From a virus (taxonomy: Duplodnaviria > Caudoviricetes), in IMG/VR virus record IMGVR_UViG_3300030059_001404, positions 2,826 through 66,825 of that record: DNA of 64,000 bases; one strand, given 5' to 3'. Position numbers and translations under genes: made by a program. Under the pieces are notes generated by a model. It was not told the origin of the DNA and did not search any database. It saw only the letters and a list, made by a program, of their open reading frames with translations. Shown here in pieces: positions 34,782-45,385 of this stretch (positions within the stretch are counted from its first letter, which is position 1; each line of letters opens with the position of its first letter).

Positions 34782-37700
34782 TTAACATGTTCCTAATCCT
34801 ATTACTATTCCACTATTGTTTACTCTCATCCAAGTATTATTTTGAGTCAATCTATAATAACCATTTGCAGCTTGAGTTCCTTGGTCACATAGTGAGGACG
34901 AATATACTAAATCTCCAATTACTGGATAAGTAGATGTTCCAGAATGATAATATATAGTGATAAAAGGGGCTGCACAAGCGTCTAACTCGCTAGTTCTTAC
35001 TTGAGAAACTGAAAACGCAGTACATCCAAAACAACAAGCTGGGTCTGCAACACAACCTTGTCCAGCAGCATTACAGTCACAACAAGCTTCTTGTGCGCTT
35101 GCAGCACTATAACATAGTTTTTGAGCAGTTACATTTCTTAAATCTTGTATTACATATAATAGATTTTGATTTAAAGGAATGCTTGCAGTTGGAACTTTAG
35201 CCTCATACAAACCAGTTGAAGGATTTGTAATAGGAGTTATAGTTGCAGCAGCTGCTAATAAAGCTTGAATATCCGCAGGTGTATTCTGATAGACAGTATT
35301 TGTACTTAAATATAAAAATTTATGAACCGCAGGATTAAAAACAAAATCATCAAAATTTATTTTGTTATTTCTAAGAATTAAATTTACTCCGTCATATGGA
35401 AAAACTCCAAGACTTCTTACTCCTGTTTGAGGGAAATATAAAGAAGCTACAGAAGAACTAGAACCAAAAGTAACTAAAGAACTTGATATAGGACTTACCA
35501 TAGTATTAGTAGACCAATAATATTCACTATGAATATATTTATTAACGTCTTGAGATGTTGTCAATACAACATTTGTTACTGTAATTAAATTTTCTGGAGG
35601 ACATTTAACTTGAGATGACCAAGTAGCAGTGCTAGCTGGTGTAATAATAATATCAACTGTTTCTGGTGTATTAGCAGTTTTATTAACTATAAACGTATAT
35701 GAACCAGGGCCGACAGGTGCATTTGGAAAACTAATTCCATTCCACACTCCAGTAACTTGAACATTCCCACTTCCTACCGCAATTGTTATAAGAATATTTA
35801 CAGTTCCTATTACCTCGCCTGCATTTACCGTATAAGAATAAGGACTTGCAGAAGTTTGGCTTATAGTTTGATTACAAGGTATATCAGGAACAACTGTAGG
35901 TACGTTTATTTCATTACTGTTTAACACATATTCATTCATATATGGGTCAAAACCTCCTAGTTTTTGAGTGTTTAGTTGAGCTGCATACTGGTCTCTAAAA
36001 AAAGAACGCATCCCATACTGCGAAATAACATCTAAAACATCTGAGGTTGGAGAAATTCCTGTAAGTGATAATACAGCTCCTCTTTTTGTATCTGTAAAAT
36101 ACATACTCGTTCCAAAAGAAGCAAAACTTTCTGGGTTAAAACTCATACCATACTCTTCAGGTCTAGCTACTTGCTCTCCTAAAACTTGAGGAACTGACGT
36201 TACTAAACCTCCTCCAACTGCATCAGTTAAAATATTTTTACCTGCCATTACATAAGTAATTCTATCTTCTTGTAATGTTAAAATATCTGTTCTTCTAGCA
36301 TACAAAAACTGTATAGGGCCAAAAGATGTTTCACAATCTTTGAAATTAGCTAAACCTAAATTAAACTCATTTAAATTGTTTAAATTATTTTGACCACTAA
36401 AAACACCACTATATGTTAATCCAGCAAATCTATCAGCTTCTTTAAAATCAGCATTAGAAACAGCTAAAACTCTTTCACCTAACTGAAAACTTCTTCCTGC
36501 TAAAGCATCTTCTATTTTAAAACTTTCTACACCGTTTCCAAACGTGTAACAATTTGCAAAAGGAAGAATTATAGTAGCAGGAGTCGCATTGTCTTGATTA
36601 ACATTCCCAGAATAAGGTCGTGTTATAGTATAGTTTTGAACAGATACTAAAAACGCATCAACATCAAGTGTTAGTTGTGTTGCACTGACTACAGCTGTAA
36701 CTTTAGCAACATTAGCAGCATTGGTCGAACTACGGTTGTATACAAAATCTCCTACATTAACCGCTCCTAAAAAGGTTGCTGTACTATCAACTAAATTATT
36801 AGCTAAAATAGATGTAGTAGTACCACTAGCCTTAACAGGCCCTGTAGCGTGATAACTTTTTTGAACTGTATGAACTACTGGATATTTCTGTGAAGAATCA
36901 TAAAATAAATCTGGATCTGCATCAGTAGGTTCTGTTTCAAATATAATAGCATTATCAGCTCGGTAAACAACTAATCTCATTCTAGACTTTGATACTCTAT
37001 TATTATTAAAAAGACTTCCTGCACAAGCAGGTATCCCAGAGGCTATAGAAAAATATTCTATTCCGTTAGGATCTTTTATAAATTGATACTTAGCATTAAA
37101 AGAAGTAGGGTTAGGTATGTCAGATTTACAAGGTGGTATTGTAGTTGAATTAATAATAGTATTATTAAACGTATTAGTCATAGCCCCTGAAAACAATGTG
37201 CCAGTATCTATTGGTATATTATCTCCGAACCACCATGCAGAAAAAGAAGCGTAGTCTTGCCTAACTACATATTGTTTTTCATATATATAATTAACTTCTT
37301 GACAGCTAGCTCCACGTCCCCTTCTGTTATTTCTTATAAATATTTGAACTACCGATCCAGCAGGTAATGTAATGTTAGACATATTGGCAAAACTCGGATT
37401 AACTAAATCGTCAAAACTAGCTAATCTGTACATCCACCTGTTATAACTAAAAGAAGCTACTTCTTGAAAAGATTGTGTTGCAACCCAAATTTCATTATTA
37501 GAACATGGAAATGCTGTTGATACTGTACCACCTGCATTTACTGTTGGCCATGTTTCTATAACATCCCCATCTTGTGATGCAGCAGTAAAATTATTTGCTT
37601 TCATTTGCATATATAAGCCAGGTAGCTGGTTGCCAGTAGGTGGGCTTGTTGCTGTTGGGTCTGCTGCTAAAAAGTTTCTAGCTTCAGCTTCTACTGCTAA

Positions 37701-39923
37701 AACAGTAACTTTTACTTCTTGTGTTAAAGCCCCTGCTGAATCTTTTTTAACAATTAAAGTTTGTCCTGTTTTTACTTTACTTTGATTATCTCCTTCAAGT
37801 TTAAAATATGTAACATTAGTCTCAGGGTTAACATAAAAAAAGTTTACAAAAATAGTTTCGTAATTAGTAGCACTTGGTTTAACTACAAACTTATAAGAAC
37901 TAGCCCAGTACGGAGCTTGGTCAATTGTAGGTATAGATACACTAATTTCATTTTTATCTATAGAAGAGGCTGGAGAAACATAAACTGTATTAAATAATGA
38001 TACTAACACAGTAGATGCACGAGCATATTCATCCATATAAACAATTCCAGTTTCGTAATCTCTATTACTGTGTAGACTTGAGGTATCTTGGTCGCTAACG
38101 TAAAAATAACTACTATTAATAATCTCAAAATATTCAAATACATTATGAATTATTCCAGTACCATCAACAAATCTTGAATTCATAGCTATTAATTGCAGTG
38201 AAAATGTATTGTCTCCTGGCACTGTAGTTATATTAAATCCTTGTTGTGAAACTGAATCATTAATACTACTATTATATTTTGTATAAGCACATACCTGAGG
38301 TACAGCTGCTGCATTACAATTAAAACGATCAGCCATTGAAGTTCCTTGAGTGGCTGTACCACATAGGTTTAAAGCTGTTACGTTTATAGATAATGCTGTC
38401 CCCACTTGAGCTTGAAATTCAGAACTATTAACCATGTCAAAAACGCTAGTATAGTCTTGGTCTAATCTAAAAATAAAAGATAATTGAAAAGGAGAGTCTG
38501 TTCCATCCCATGTAGGATAACATGAACAGCCAGCTATAGGTAAACCAGCTGAAGTACAAGTTGTTGTTGTAGTTCCAGCTGCATCTGTAGAAGTGTATTC
38601 CCATGATTTAGATTGTACAGAAAAATTAAAACTTAATTGAGTCCCTGCAATTAATTTATTAGCAATACCTGCGTTTACATTAGCTATAAAATTAGTTAAA
38701 TCAAAAGTAACCGTATTATTTGCATAATTAAAATTAGGGTTATTACCGTTTATTTGATAGTCTACAGAATTACCTTGCCCAGAAACTCCTGTGTTAAAAA
38801 TAGGTTGAGGGCCTTCTTCTAAAGATATATCAGTATTGACAACACTTGTAATAAAATTTTGTGAAAGTGTTTGCCCACTAGCTGTAGATATATTATACCC
38901 ATCTACATTGTTACCGTAAACTAAACGGTTACCCATAATTGTTTGAGCTTTAGCAAATCTAGGAACATTATCATATAATCTTAAAAGTTCATCAGAACCT
39001 AATGTTGTATAAATTTTACTGTTTGTAAATAAAATAGTTTGATTAGTATTATCTCCCCATCCTAAATCTTGTTTTACAAATCTTTCAATTACATTAACTA
39101 CTGAAGATGTAGTTAGTTTATATAAAACATCTATTTCTACAACTCTGCTTGATCCTGTATCAAAAGTTACATTAGCAGAATTAAAAGCGTTTAACATTCC
39201 GTTATTTTTATAACTACTTGGGTCTAAACTAAAAGGTCTAGGTGAAAAAGCAGGTACGGTAAATAAAGAAATAGCACTATATTCTTTGTCTTCATATCTG
39301 TAACGATACGCAAAAGATACAAATCTGTCTTCTAAATAATTTTCTTCTCCTGGAATGTTTACTAATTCTACGTCTGGAGATGGAAGATTGTCTAAAGGTT
39401 CATACCCAGGTGGTTTTAATATAACATTAATGTCTTCAGCAATAATACCATCAACAGTCCCCACTGGATCATTATAATTTCTGTTTATGTTTATTTTTCT
39501 AGGAGGGTTATTGTCATCTGTAAAAAACAATAAATCTTCTATTAAACTAACACCTGTAACTAAAAAAGTAGGGTTAAAATTTAAAACATTTATTGTTACA
39601 ACGTGTTGAGTAATAAGAGTTGTCGGAGTGTGATATGATACAATCATATCGTAATTGTCGGATGACACAAACCAGTATATTGTTTCTCTTACACTATCTG
39701 CATACGCACCTATTGTGGTTGGATTAACTAAAGCTGTTCCTTGAAAATCAAGAGTTGTTAATTGCGTGTTACCTTTTGAGTTTTCTACAGCACCTATTTC
39801 AGTACCTTCTGTTGAACCAAGACGTACATTTAAAGCGTCAATATATTGACCGTCAGGAATAAGACGTTCATCAACACTCTTATTCATTTTGCCCTCAACG
39901 AAATTCATACTTGTTAATGCCAT
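34782..39923 (-). CDS. Tail stabilization/muzzle protein (tail tubular B-like)
   Basis: N-terminus NFVEGKMNKSVDERLIPDGQYIDALNVR; FAYRYRY; YGMSFNPESFA; position after the ring proteins. Confidence 0.7.
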   Translation of the reverse strand: MALTSMNFVEGKMNKSVDERLIPDGQYIDALNVRLGSTEGTEIGAVENSKGNTQLTTLDFQGTALVNPTTIGAYADSVRETIYWFVSSDNYDMIVSYHTPTTLITQHVVTINVLNFNPTFLVTGVSLIEDLLFFTDDNNPPRKININRNYNDPVGTVDGIIAEDINVILKPPGYEPLDNLPSPDVELVNIPGEENYLEDRFVSFAYRYRYEDKEYSAISLFTVPAFSPRPFSLDPSSYKNNGMLNAFNSANVTFDTGSSRVVEIDVLYKLTTSSVVNVIERFVKQDLGWGDNTNQTILFTNSKIYTTLGSDELLRLYDNVPRFAKAQTIMGNRLVYGNNVDGYNISTASGQTLSQNFITSVVNTDISLEEGPQPIFNTGVSGQGNSVDYQINGNNPNFNYANNTVTFDLTNFIANVNAGIANKLIAGTQLSFNFSVQSKSWEYTSTDAAGTTTTTCTSAGLPIAGCSCYPTWDGTDSPFQLSFIFRLDQDYTSVFDMVNSSEFQAQVGTALSINVTALNLCGTATQGTSMADRFNCNAAAVPQVCAYTKYNSSINDSVSQQGFNITTVPGDNTFSLQLIAMNSRFVDGTGIIHNVFEYFEIINSSYFYVSDQDTSSLHSNRDYETGIVYMDEYARASTVLVSLFNTVYVSPASSIDKNEISVSIPTIDQAPYWASSYKFVVKPSATNYETIFVNFFYVNPETNVTYFKLEGDNQSKVKTGQTLIVKKDSAGALTQEVKVTVLAVEAEARNFLAADPTATSPPTGNQLPGLYMQMKANNFTAASQDGDVIETWPTVNAGGTVSTAFPCSNNEIWVATQSFQEVASFSYNRWMYRLASFDDLVNPSFANMSNITLPAGSVVQIFIRNNRRGRGASCQEVNYIYEKQYVVRQDYASFSAWWFGDNIPIDTGTLFSGAMTNTFNNTIINSTTIPPCKSDIPNPTSFNAKYQFIKDPNGIEYFSIASGIPACAGSLFNNNRVSKSRMRLVVYRADNAIIFETEPTDADPDLFYDSSQKYPVVHTVQKSYHATGPVKASGTTTSILANNLVDSTATFLGAVNVGDFVYNRSSTNAANVAKVTAVVSATQLTLDVDAFLVSVQNYTITRPYSGNVNQDNATPATIILPFANCYTFGNGVESFKIEDALAGRSFQLGERVLAVSNADFKEADRFAGLTYSGVFSGQNNLNNLNEFNLGLANFKDCETSFGPIQFLYARRTDILTLQEDRITYVMAGKNILTDAVGGGLVTSVPQVLGEQVARPEEYGMSFNPESFASFGTSMYFTDTKRGAVLSLTGISPTSDVLDVISQYGMRSFFRDQYAAQLNTQKLGGFDPYMNEYVLNSNEINVPTVVPDIPCNQTISQTSASPYSYTVNAGEVIGTVNILITIAVGSGNVQVTGVWNGISFPNAPVGPGSYTFIVNKTANTPETVDIIITPASTATWSSQVKCPPENLITVTNVVLTTSQDVNKYIHSEYYWSTNTMVSPISSSLVTFGSSSSVASLYFPQTGVRSLGVFPYDGVNLILRNNKINFDDFVFNPAVHKFLYLSTNTVYQNTPADIQALLAAAATITPITNPSTGLYEAKVPTASIPLNQNLLYVIQDLRNVTAQKLCYSAASAQEACCDCNAAGQGCVADPACCFGCTAFSVSQVRTSELDACAAPFITIYYHSGTSTYPVIGDLVYSSSLCDQGTQAANGYYRLTQNNTWMRVNNSGIVIGLGTC

Positions 39924-39924
39924 A

Positions 39925-40848
39925 TTACTTTATCCATTTAGCCTGACCTCTTAAGTTTTGTAAGAGTCTTCCAGGGTGTATATTACTTAATCTTATTTTT
40001 GCATTTCTTAATAATGCAGATTTATCTTTTCTTGCTCTATTTACTATATATTCTTGTACTCCTAACCTTCCGTTTAAAATAGAGTATCTAATAAATGCGT
40101 AAATATAATCTTCAAAAAGCTTGTTAACTTCTATACTGGCATTGTTTCCGTTTTCCATTCCATCAGATACATATTCAACAATTACCATGTCGTTTATGAC
40201 TCCTGAACTAAAATTAATTACACCACTTTTTTTGTCAATACTAAAAGTGGGGTTTTGATTAGCTGTTTCTGGGTTTAACCCAAATCTAGCTCCTATTGCA
40301 TAATCAAAATACCAACTCCCATCTACATTAAATCCAGCTTGATTATTAAAAGGACTGTTAGCATTTAAATAAATACTTTTTTTAGAGCCTAATATTCTAT
40401 CCATATCAAGATTAGAATGTTGAGGTTTTAATACGTTACCATCTTGGTCAAAAAGTATATTACAATTATTATCCTGCAAATAAGCTCCACTCCAATTTGT
40501 TTGAATGTTTTCTACAAGAGGTAATAAAAATCCATTTCTATATACTGAAACTCGAACCCAATTAACAAAATCTTGAGGCAAAACAAATCTTAAAGAATTA
40601 CATACATCAAGTTCTAAGATTTTAATTTCTTTCATTGCATCATAATTAAGCTCTTGAATTCCTCTTTTTGCATAAAACAAAACTTGGTATCTACTTAAGT
40701 TATTTAATAATTCATTGTTACCTTGATACATTAACATAAAATTATTAACTATCTCTTCTAAAGATGTATATTGGTACGAACCCCAATTAGCATCTTCAGG
40801 ATTTGCTCCTCCATTTTCGTAATATTGATAATCATTTATGTATGCCAT
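39925..40848 (-). CDS. Tail ring/adaptor structural protein
   Basis: Position between capsid and muzzle genes; resembles crAss-like ring proteins (recalled). Confidence 0.55.
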   Translation of the reverse strand: MAYINDYQYYENGGANPEDANWGSYQYTSLEEIVNNFMLMYQGNNELLNNLSRYQVLFYAKRGIQELNYDAMKEIKILELDVCNSLRFVLPQDFVNWVRVSVYRNGFLLPLVENIQTNWSGAYLQDNNCNILFDQDGNVLKPQHSNLDMDRILGSKKSIYLNANSPFNNQAGFNVDGSWYFDYAIGARFGLNPETANQNPTFSIDKKSGVINFSSGVINDMVIVEYVSDGMENGNNASIEVNKLFEDYIYAFIRYSILNGRLGVQEYIVNRARKDKSALLRNAKIRLSNIHPGRLLQNLRGQAKWIK

Positions 40849-40849
40849 T

Positions 40850-41827
40850 TTATGTTGTTGTTTGAGTTTCTTCGTTTAATTCAGCTGTTCCAAATTGGTA
40901 CACATCTCCTTCTCTAATTTCAATACCTACATACTGACATATTTTAGCAATTAATGCTGGCTCATCAGAGTCTGGTAATTCAAAGTCTTGAAAAGTTGCA
41001 GCTGTATTATTAAATACTGGCTCACCACCTGCCAATGCGACAAATGTCCATTGTGGTGTTAGAGGATACCTTATGTATTGTGCTTGTACTCTTGATGCTG
41101 CCCATTGACTAAAAACACTACTACCTACATTTGGCCCTATAACTGTTGGGTAAACTGTAACTGTATTCCCTTCTAATGTATAAGCTGGAAATTGTGCTGA
41201 TGGTGCTGTTAACGGTGAGCTAGTCAAATAAAATATTTTGTTTTGACTTACTCTTTCTACTTCTGTTATGTTAGTATTTTCATATATAACGTAACTATCA
41301 TTTAAGTTCATTATATCTCCACTTATAGATAAAACAGTAGGGCTGTCAACATTGGTTACAAAACATTCTCCTACAGTTGTAGTGTTAACTATTAAACTTC
41401 CAACAGGTGGAGTATACGGTGCTGTTAAATTAGAGAAAGTTGCTGCTCCATCAGTTAATTTAAATGCATTAACAAAAGTATTAGTACCAGTTGATAAAAC
41501 AGTTGGGTAATAAAACAATTTATCTATAAAATAATAATCTGCTGGAAGTGCATATTGATTAGCTAAAGTTTGAGCAAGAAATGATGTTACCGAAAAACCT
41601 TCAATAACTTCTACTAAACTTTTTAATATATCAGCATATCCAGAACCAGAAGTTCTTCCATTTTGTCTGTTAATCCAATTGTTGTATTGATAAAAATAAT
41701 CTTCAAACATGTCCATTTGAGCCTGTTTAGCATAAAGATTAAAATCACTAGGAGATATATATCCGTAGTTGTTTTTATTAGCTATAGCTAAAACAGTATT
41801 TCTTATCTCATTAATATTAGCAGCCAT
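40850..41827 (-). CDS. Tail ring/tubular protein A-like
   Basis: INEIRNTVLAIANKNNYGYISPSDFNLYAKQAQMD...YIRYPLTP. Confidence 0.6.
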   Translation of the reverse strand: MAANINEIRNTVLAIANKNNYGYISPSDFNLYAKQAQMDMFEDYFYQYNNWINRQNGRTSGSGYADILKSLVEVIEGFSVTSFLAQTLANQYALPADYYFIDKLFYYPTVLSTGTNTFVNAFKLTDGAATFSNLTAPYTPPVGSLIVNTTTVGECFVTNVDSPTVLSISGDIMNLNDSYVIYENTNITEVERVSQNKIFYLTSSPLTAPSAQFPAYTLEGNTVTVYPTVIGPNVGSSVFSQWAASRVQAQYIRYPLTPQWTFVALAGGEPVFNNTAATFQDFELPDSDEPALIAKICQYVGIEIREGDVYQFGTAELNEETQTTT

Positions 41828-41846
41828 AGTGTATAGTTGTTTTTTA

Positions 41847-41854
41847 CAAAGATA
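41847..41854 (-). promoter_or_regulatory. -7 promoter element TATCTTTG
   Basis: CAAAGATA on +, immediately after a terminator and 19 nt before the next ATG. Confidence 0.6.
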
Positions 41855-41856
41855 AG

Positions 41857-41890
41857 AAAAAAAAAAGAGGCTACTTTATTTAGTAGCCTC
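41857..41890 (-). terminator. Intrinsic terminator
   Basis: GAGGCTACT/AGTAGCCTC 9-bp stem plus T-tract on the minus strand. Confidence 0.8.
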
Positions 41891-41915
41891 CCTTTAAAAG
41901 TTAGTTAATTTAATA

Positions 41916-42662
41916 TTAAGCTATATTAATACTGTTAATTAAAACTCTGTGTCTGCTAGAATTTAAGCCAATTCCAACTTCTTGAGAAGAAGGTTTAGGA
42001 ATAGATCCTGGCATACTAACTGCGTCTTGCATAGCAAGTTGAATAGCTTCTTGAACTAAACTTGCAGTTCCTTGGTCTGTATGAGTAATAGTAATTGTAT
42101 CATTACCTGACCCAGCTCCATAAAAAAGAACAGTTATAAAGTTAGTTGTTCTTTGAACCATTAGTAATTCCGATAAAGAAACTAATTGTTCGTTAGAAGT
42201 TAACTCGTCTAGCACATTATAAGTATCTCCAATAGTCATAATATCTCCAGAAAGAACTAATCTAAAATTAGAACTTACTGAAACTACTCTTGCTGAAGCT
42301 CCTGCTGTTGTATTGAAAACAATATCTCCAGGGGAAACAGTAGTTACGAAATTTTGACCACTATCATATAACTCATTAGCTGTTGATGCTGCAATAGAAT
42401 AAGTTTCTAGAGCCACAGTAAAAATATTAGCAGAAATAGCTAATTCTGTTGCTGATGTTACAGCTGTTACTAACGCTGTATCATTGTTAACTGTATCTGT
42501 AACTGTATCTCCTATTTTTACATCTAGTGCAACAAAGTCAGCAGTTGTATCCGTCATAGACGCTGCTGTAAATGCTGTAATATTATTACCTGTGGTAATT
42601 AACGATTCTGTTCCTGAATCAACAATTGTTGCTAAAGGAAACGATAAATATTTAGCTGCCAT
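41916..42662 (-). CDS. Putative capsid accessory/decoration protein
   Basis: T/V/A-rich; two internal ~55-aa modules; ends resemble 42687..43058. Confidence 0.55.
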   Translation of the reverse strand: MAAKYLSFPLATIVDSGTESLITTGNNITAFTAASMTDTTADFVALDVKIGDTVTDTVNNDTALVTAVTSATELAISANIFTVALETYSIAASTANELYDSGQNFVTTVSPGDIVFNTTAGASARVVSVSSNFRLVLSGDIMTIGDTYNVLDELTSNEQLVSLSELLMVQRTTNFITVLFYGAGSGNDTITITHTDQGTASLVQEAIQLAMQDAVSMPGSIPKPSSQEVGIGLNSSRHRVLINSINIA

Positions 42663-42686
42663 ATTATTATATTTTAAAGGTTAATA

Positions 42687-43058
42687 TTAAGACCAAGCTA
42701 TTGCTGTAATTGTTACATTACCTGTTCCTGCCGCTGGTTTGATTTCAGGGTAAGCAGGTACGTTAGATATAGAGTAAGCAGGACTTGTCCAACCAGTGGA
42801 TAAAGCTTGTGCTATAGCGTCAGCAAAGAAATTTCTCATAGCTCTAGAATCCTCTGGCGTTGCAGCTGCGTAAGCTGGTAGTGCTGTATGGGTTATTGCT
42901 ACAGTTTGAAAACCTGCTGCTGCATCTCTTAAGTTAATAGTAACTGTTGTTGCATTTGTTTGAAGTACATTAATAATACCATCTGCTGGGATAAGATTCG
43001 CTCCTCCTGCAATAGATGCTGAATTAATGTATACTGATAAATATTTTGACATTGCCAT
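42687..43058 (-). CDS. Putative capsid accessory protein
   Basis: Shares KYLS N-terminus and ITHT...AI..A pattern with 41916..42662. Confidence 0.55.
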   Translation of the reverse strand: MAMSKYLSVYINSASIAGGANLIPADGIINVLQTNATTVTINLRDAAAGFQTVAITHTALPAYAAATPEDSRAMRNFFADAIAQALSTGWTSPAYSISNVPAYPEIKPAAGTGNVTITAIAWS

Positions 43059-43089
43059 AATAAAAATAAAATTAAGGGTTAATAAAGTA

Positions 43090-43097
43090 CAAAGATA
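43090..43097 (-). promoter_or_regulatory. -7 promoter element TATCTTTG
   Basis: CAAAGATA on +, intergenic. Confidence 0.6.
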
Positions 43098-43105
43098 AGT
43101 AAATA

Positions 43106-43855
43106 TTACTTAGCCTTATCAAGGTGTTTCTTTAACAACTTGTATACTTCTAGTCCTTCATCACTTTGCATATAAGAAGCTAAAATGTAATGAGAGTCTT
43201 CTCCAAAAGGAACTGTCATTAATTTTTTCTTATTTCCTGGTAAATTAAAGTTTACTTTTTTATTATTAAGTACTAATAAACCATGACTTATAAACTGAAC
43301 TACTTCGTCTTGTAGTTCTACCATAGGATCATTAATAGTGTCTAAGAAATCTTGAGGATCTTGTTGAGCATATATCATCATATCTCTTTTTAATTCTGCT
43401 GTTGACATTTTATCAGCTTTTTGTCCAAAGACAACTCTACCTAAAGATGAGAGTTTTTCAACAGTCAAATCATGAGCTGTTACTTGAGCTTGTAAAACGT
43501 AATCCATCCACTCTACTTCTTCATTTGCATCTTTAGCTTTGTCAACTTCTTGAAACACTTGATTTTTTTGTGGGTGGTAAGATAAAAATTGTTGTAGTAT
43601 TTGATTTTCTTTTGGAACGAATAAAAACCCATCTTCAAAAACAATTGGTTCTAATATTGCGTTTCCATCTTGCTCATCTTCAAAAGGACTTTTTTGATTT
43701 CTTGCATAACGAAGAGGTCTGTTAATACCTGCATCTTCGTCAAACCATAATAAAGGAAATCTTGTTGAGTTTCGTGAGCTTAACATATAATTTAATGGAG
43801 AAGCTTCACTTTTTAATTTGTATGTCTTAGCGACATATTTGCTGTTGTTTTTCAT
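43106..43855 (-). CDS. Hypothetical virion-associated protein downstream of the capsid gene
   Basis: ORF track; position only. Confidence 0.65.
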   Translation of the reverse strand: MKNNSKYVAKTYKLKSEASPLNYMLSSRNSTRFPLLWFDEDAGINRPLRYARNQKSPFEDEQDGNAILEPIVFEDGFLFVPKENQILQQFLSYHPQKNQVFQEVDKAKDANEEVEWMDYVLQAQVTAHDLTVEKLSSLGRVVFGQKADKMSTAELKRDMMIYAQQDPQDFLDTINDPMVELQDEVVQFISHGLLVLNNKKVNFNLPGNKKKLMTVPFGEDSHYILASYMQSDEGLEVYKLLKKHLDKAK

Positions 43856-43878
43856 AATAATATAATTTAATTTGATTT

Positions 43879-43911
43879 AAAAAAAAAGGGAGGAGAATTA
43901 ACTCCCCCCTT
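43879..43911 (-). terminator. Intrinsic terminator after the major capsid gene
   Basis: Minus-strand G-rich/CTCCTCCC stem with a G-U pair, followed by a T-tract. Confidence 0.8.
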
Positions 43912-43924
43912 ATTAATGTACTTC

Positions 43925-45358
43925 TTATTGTTGGAATAAGAAGAAGTTGTTAGCACCTAAAGTACATACTGCTCTCTCTGAAAGGAAATTCACATCCATT
44001 AAATCAAAGTTAGAAGTTTGCGCTCCACCTGCTGAACCTGTAATCCAAGTCTTGTAACGTCTGTCTTCAGTTTCTGAAGCTCTATATCTAACGTGTAAGA
44101 ATGGTCTCTTAGCGTTTTTACCTAATACTTGGTCATATACTGTAGTTGATCCAGCTGGAACTAATAGTCCATTTACTGCACCTCCAACAATACCACCTCT
44201 CATAGTTGCATCGTTAAGATATTTCCAATCAGACTTGTAAAAGTCATAACCTCTTCTGAATCCAGTGAATCCAAGATTTAAAGCCATTTCTTTATCATTG
44301 TCAAATAAACCATATGAAGTACCACCTGCTCCGTAAGAGTTTTGTGCTGCTAACATATCGTCAATATCAAATGAGAATTGTCTGTCTACAAATAATACAT
44401 TTTCTTCAATTGCTCCTTGCTTATCAAGTCTTTGAATAACATTGTCAAATTGAGCTAAAGCTACTGGGTTTCCACCACCATAGATATTACCTCTACTTTG
44501 TACAACAAAGAAGATTCCGTCTGAACCTTTATTACCTGTAGTAGTTGAGCCAATTGCACCTGAAGCTGCTTCTGCTGGAACTGCTTCCACCATAGCTGTT
44601 TCTAGGTAATCTTCAAAACGTAGTCTTGTATCATGCTCTGACTTTAAATACCAAAGGTATCCATTTACTCCGTCTTCTCCTGTAATTTCAATCCATCCAA
44701 TTTGCGCCATATCAGAACCAGCTACTCTGTATCTGTCTTTGATAATGATTGGTGAATTTTGAAAGATGAAATCATCTGAAGTTAACGACTCAGCCATTGT
44801 GTCTGTTCCTTTTTGGAACTCAGAACCATAAACAAATATAGTTACAGTTGAGTTAACCGCAAATGATTGACCAAGAGCTTCGTAAAACAATACTGTTACC
44901 ACACCTGTTGCGTAGTTAACAGCTGATACAATTGCTTTGTTACTTAATGTTGAATTAGGAGCATTATCAGAAATCATAAGAGTTTGACCTACTCTCATTG
45001 CAATTTGTCCTGATATATTTGCTGCTGCATTCGTTAAAGGATTTAACACATCGTTTACAGTAAAATTAGCTGATGCTGCACCTTGAAGTGCTGCACTATC
45101 TGCATTTACATTTGTATATTTAACGTGTAGTCTTCCTTGTTCTGCCCATTTAATCAAATCTGAATTTGAAGGCATTTCAGCACCTACTTGTCTTAAGAAG
45201 GATGCTACTGATCTGTTTCCATAACGCTCAAATTCCTTTTCATATGTATCTGGTAAATACTGATTCAAGAAATCAAAGTTAGTTATGTAGTTGGATGGAG
45301 ATAGAGTCCTCTGTGCAGAAGGCTGTAACTGAAATCCAGGTGTTTGTAATACTGACAT
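43925..45358 (-). CDS. Major capsid protein
   Basis: Follows portal and scaffold; QYLPDTYEKEFERYGNR...WAEQGRLH...SERAVCTLGANNF; followed by a terminator. Confidence 0.8.
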   Translation of the reverse strand: MSVLQTPGFQLQPSAQRTLSPSNYITNFDFLNQYLPDTYEKEFERYGNRSVASFLRQVGAEMPSNSDLIKWAEQGRLHVKYTNVNADSAALQGAASANFTVNDVLNPLTNAAANISGQIAMRVGQTLMISDNAPNSTLSNKAIVSAVNYATGVVTVLFYEALGQSFAVNSTVTIFVYGSEFQKGTDTMAESLTSDDFIFQNSPIIIKDRYRVAGSDMAQIGWIEITGEDGVNGYLWYLKSEHDTRLRFEDYLETAMVEAVPAEAASGAIGSTTTGNKGSDGIFFVVQSRGNIYGGGNPVALAQFDNVIQRLDKQGAIEENVLFVDRQFSFDIDDMLAAQNSYGAGGTSYGLFDNDKEMALNLGFTGFRRGYDFYKSDWKYLNDATMRGGIVGGAVNGLLVPAGSTTVYDQVLGKNAKRPFLHVRYRASETEDRRYKTWITGSAGGAQTSNFDLMDVNFLSERAVCTLGANNFFLFQQ

Positions 45359-45385
45359 AATTAATTTTTTTTTAGTTTAAATAAT

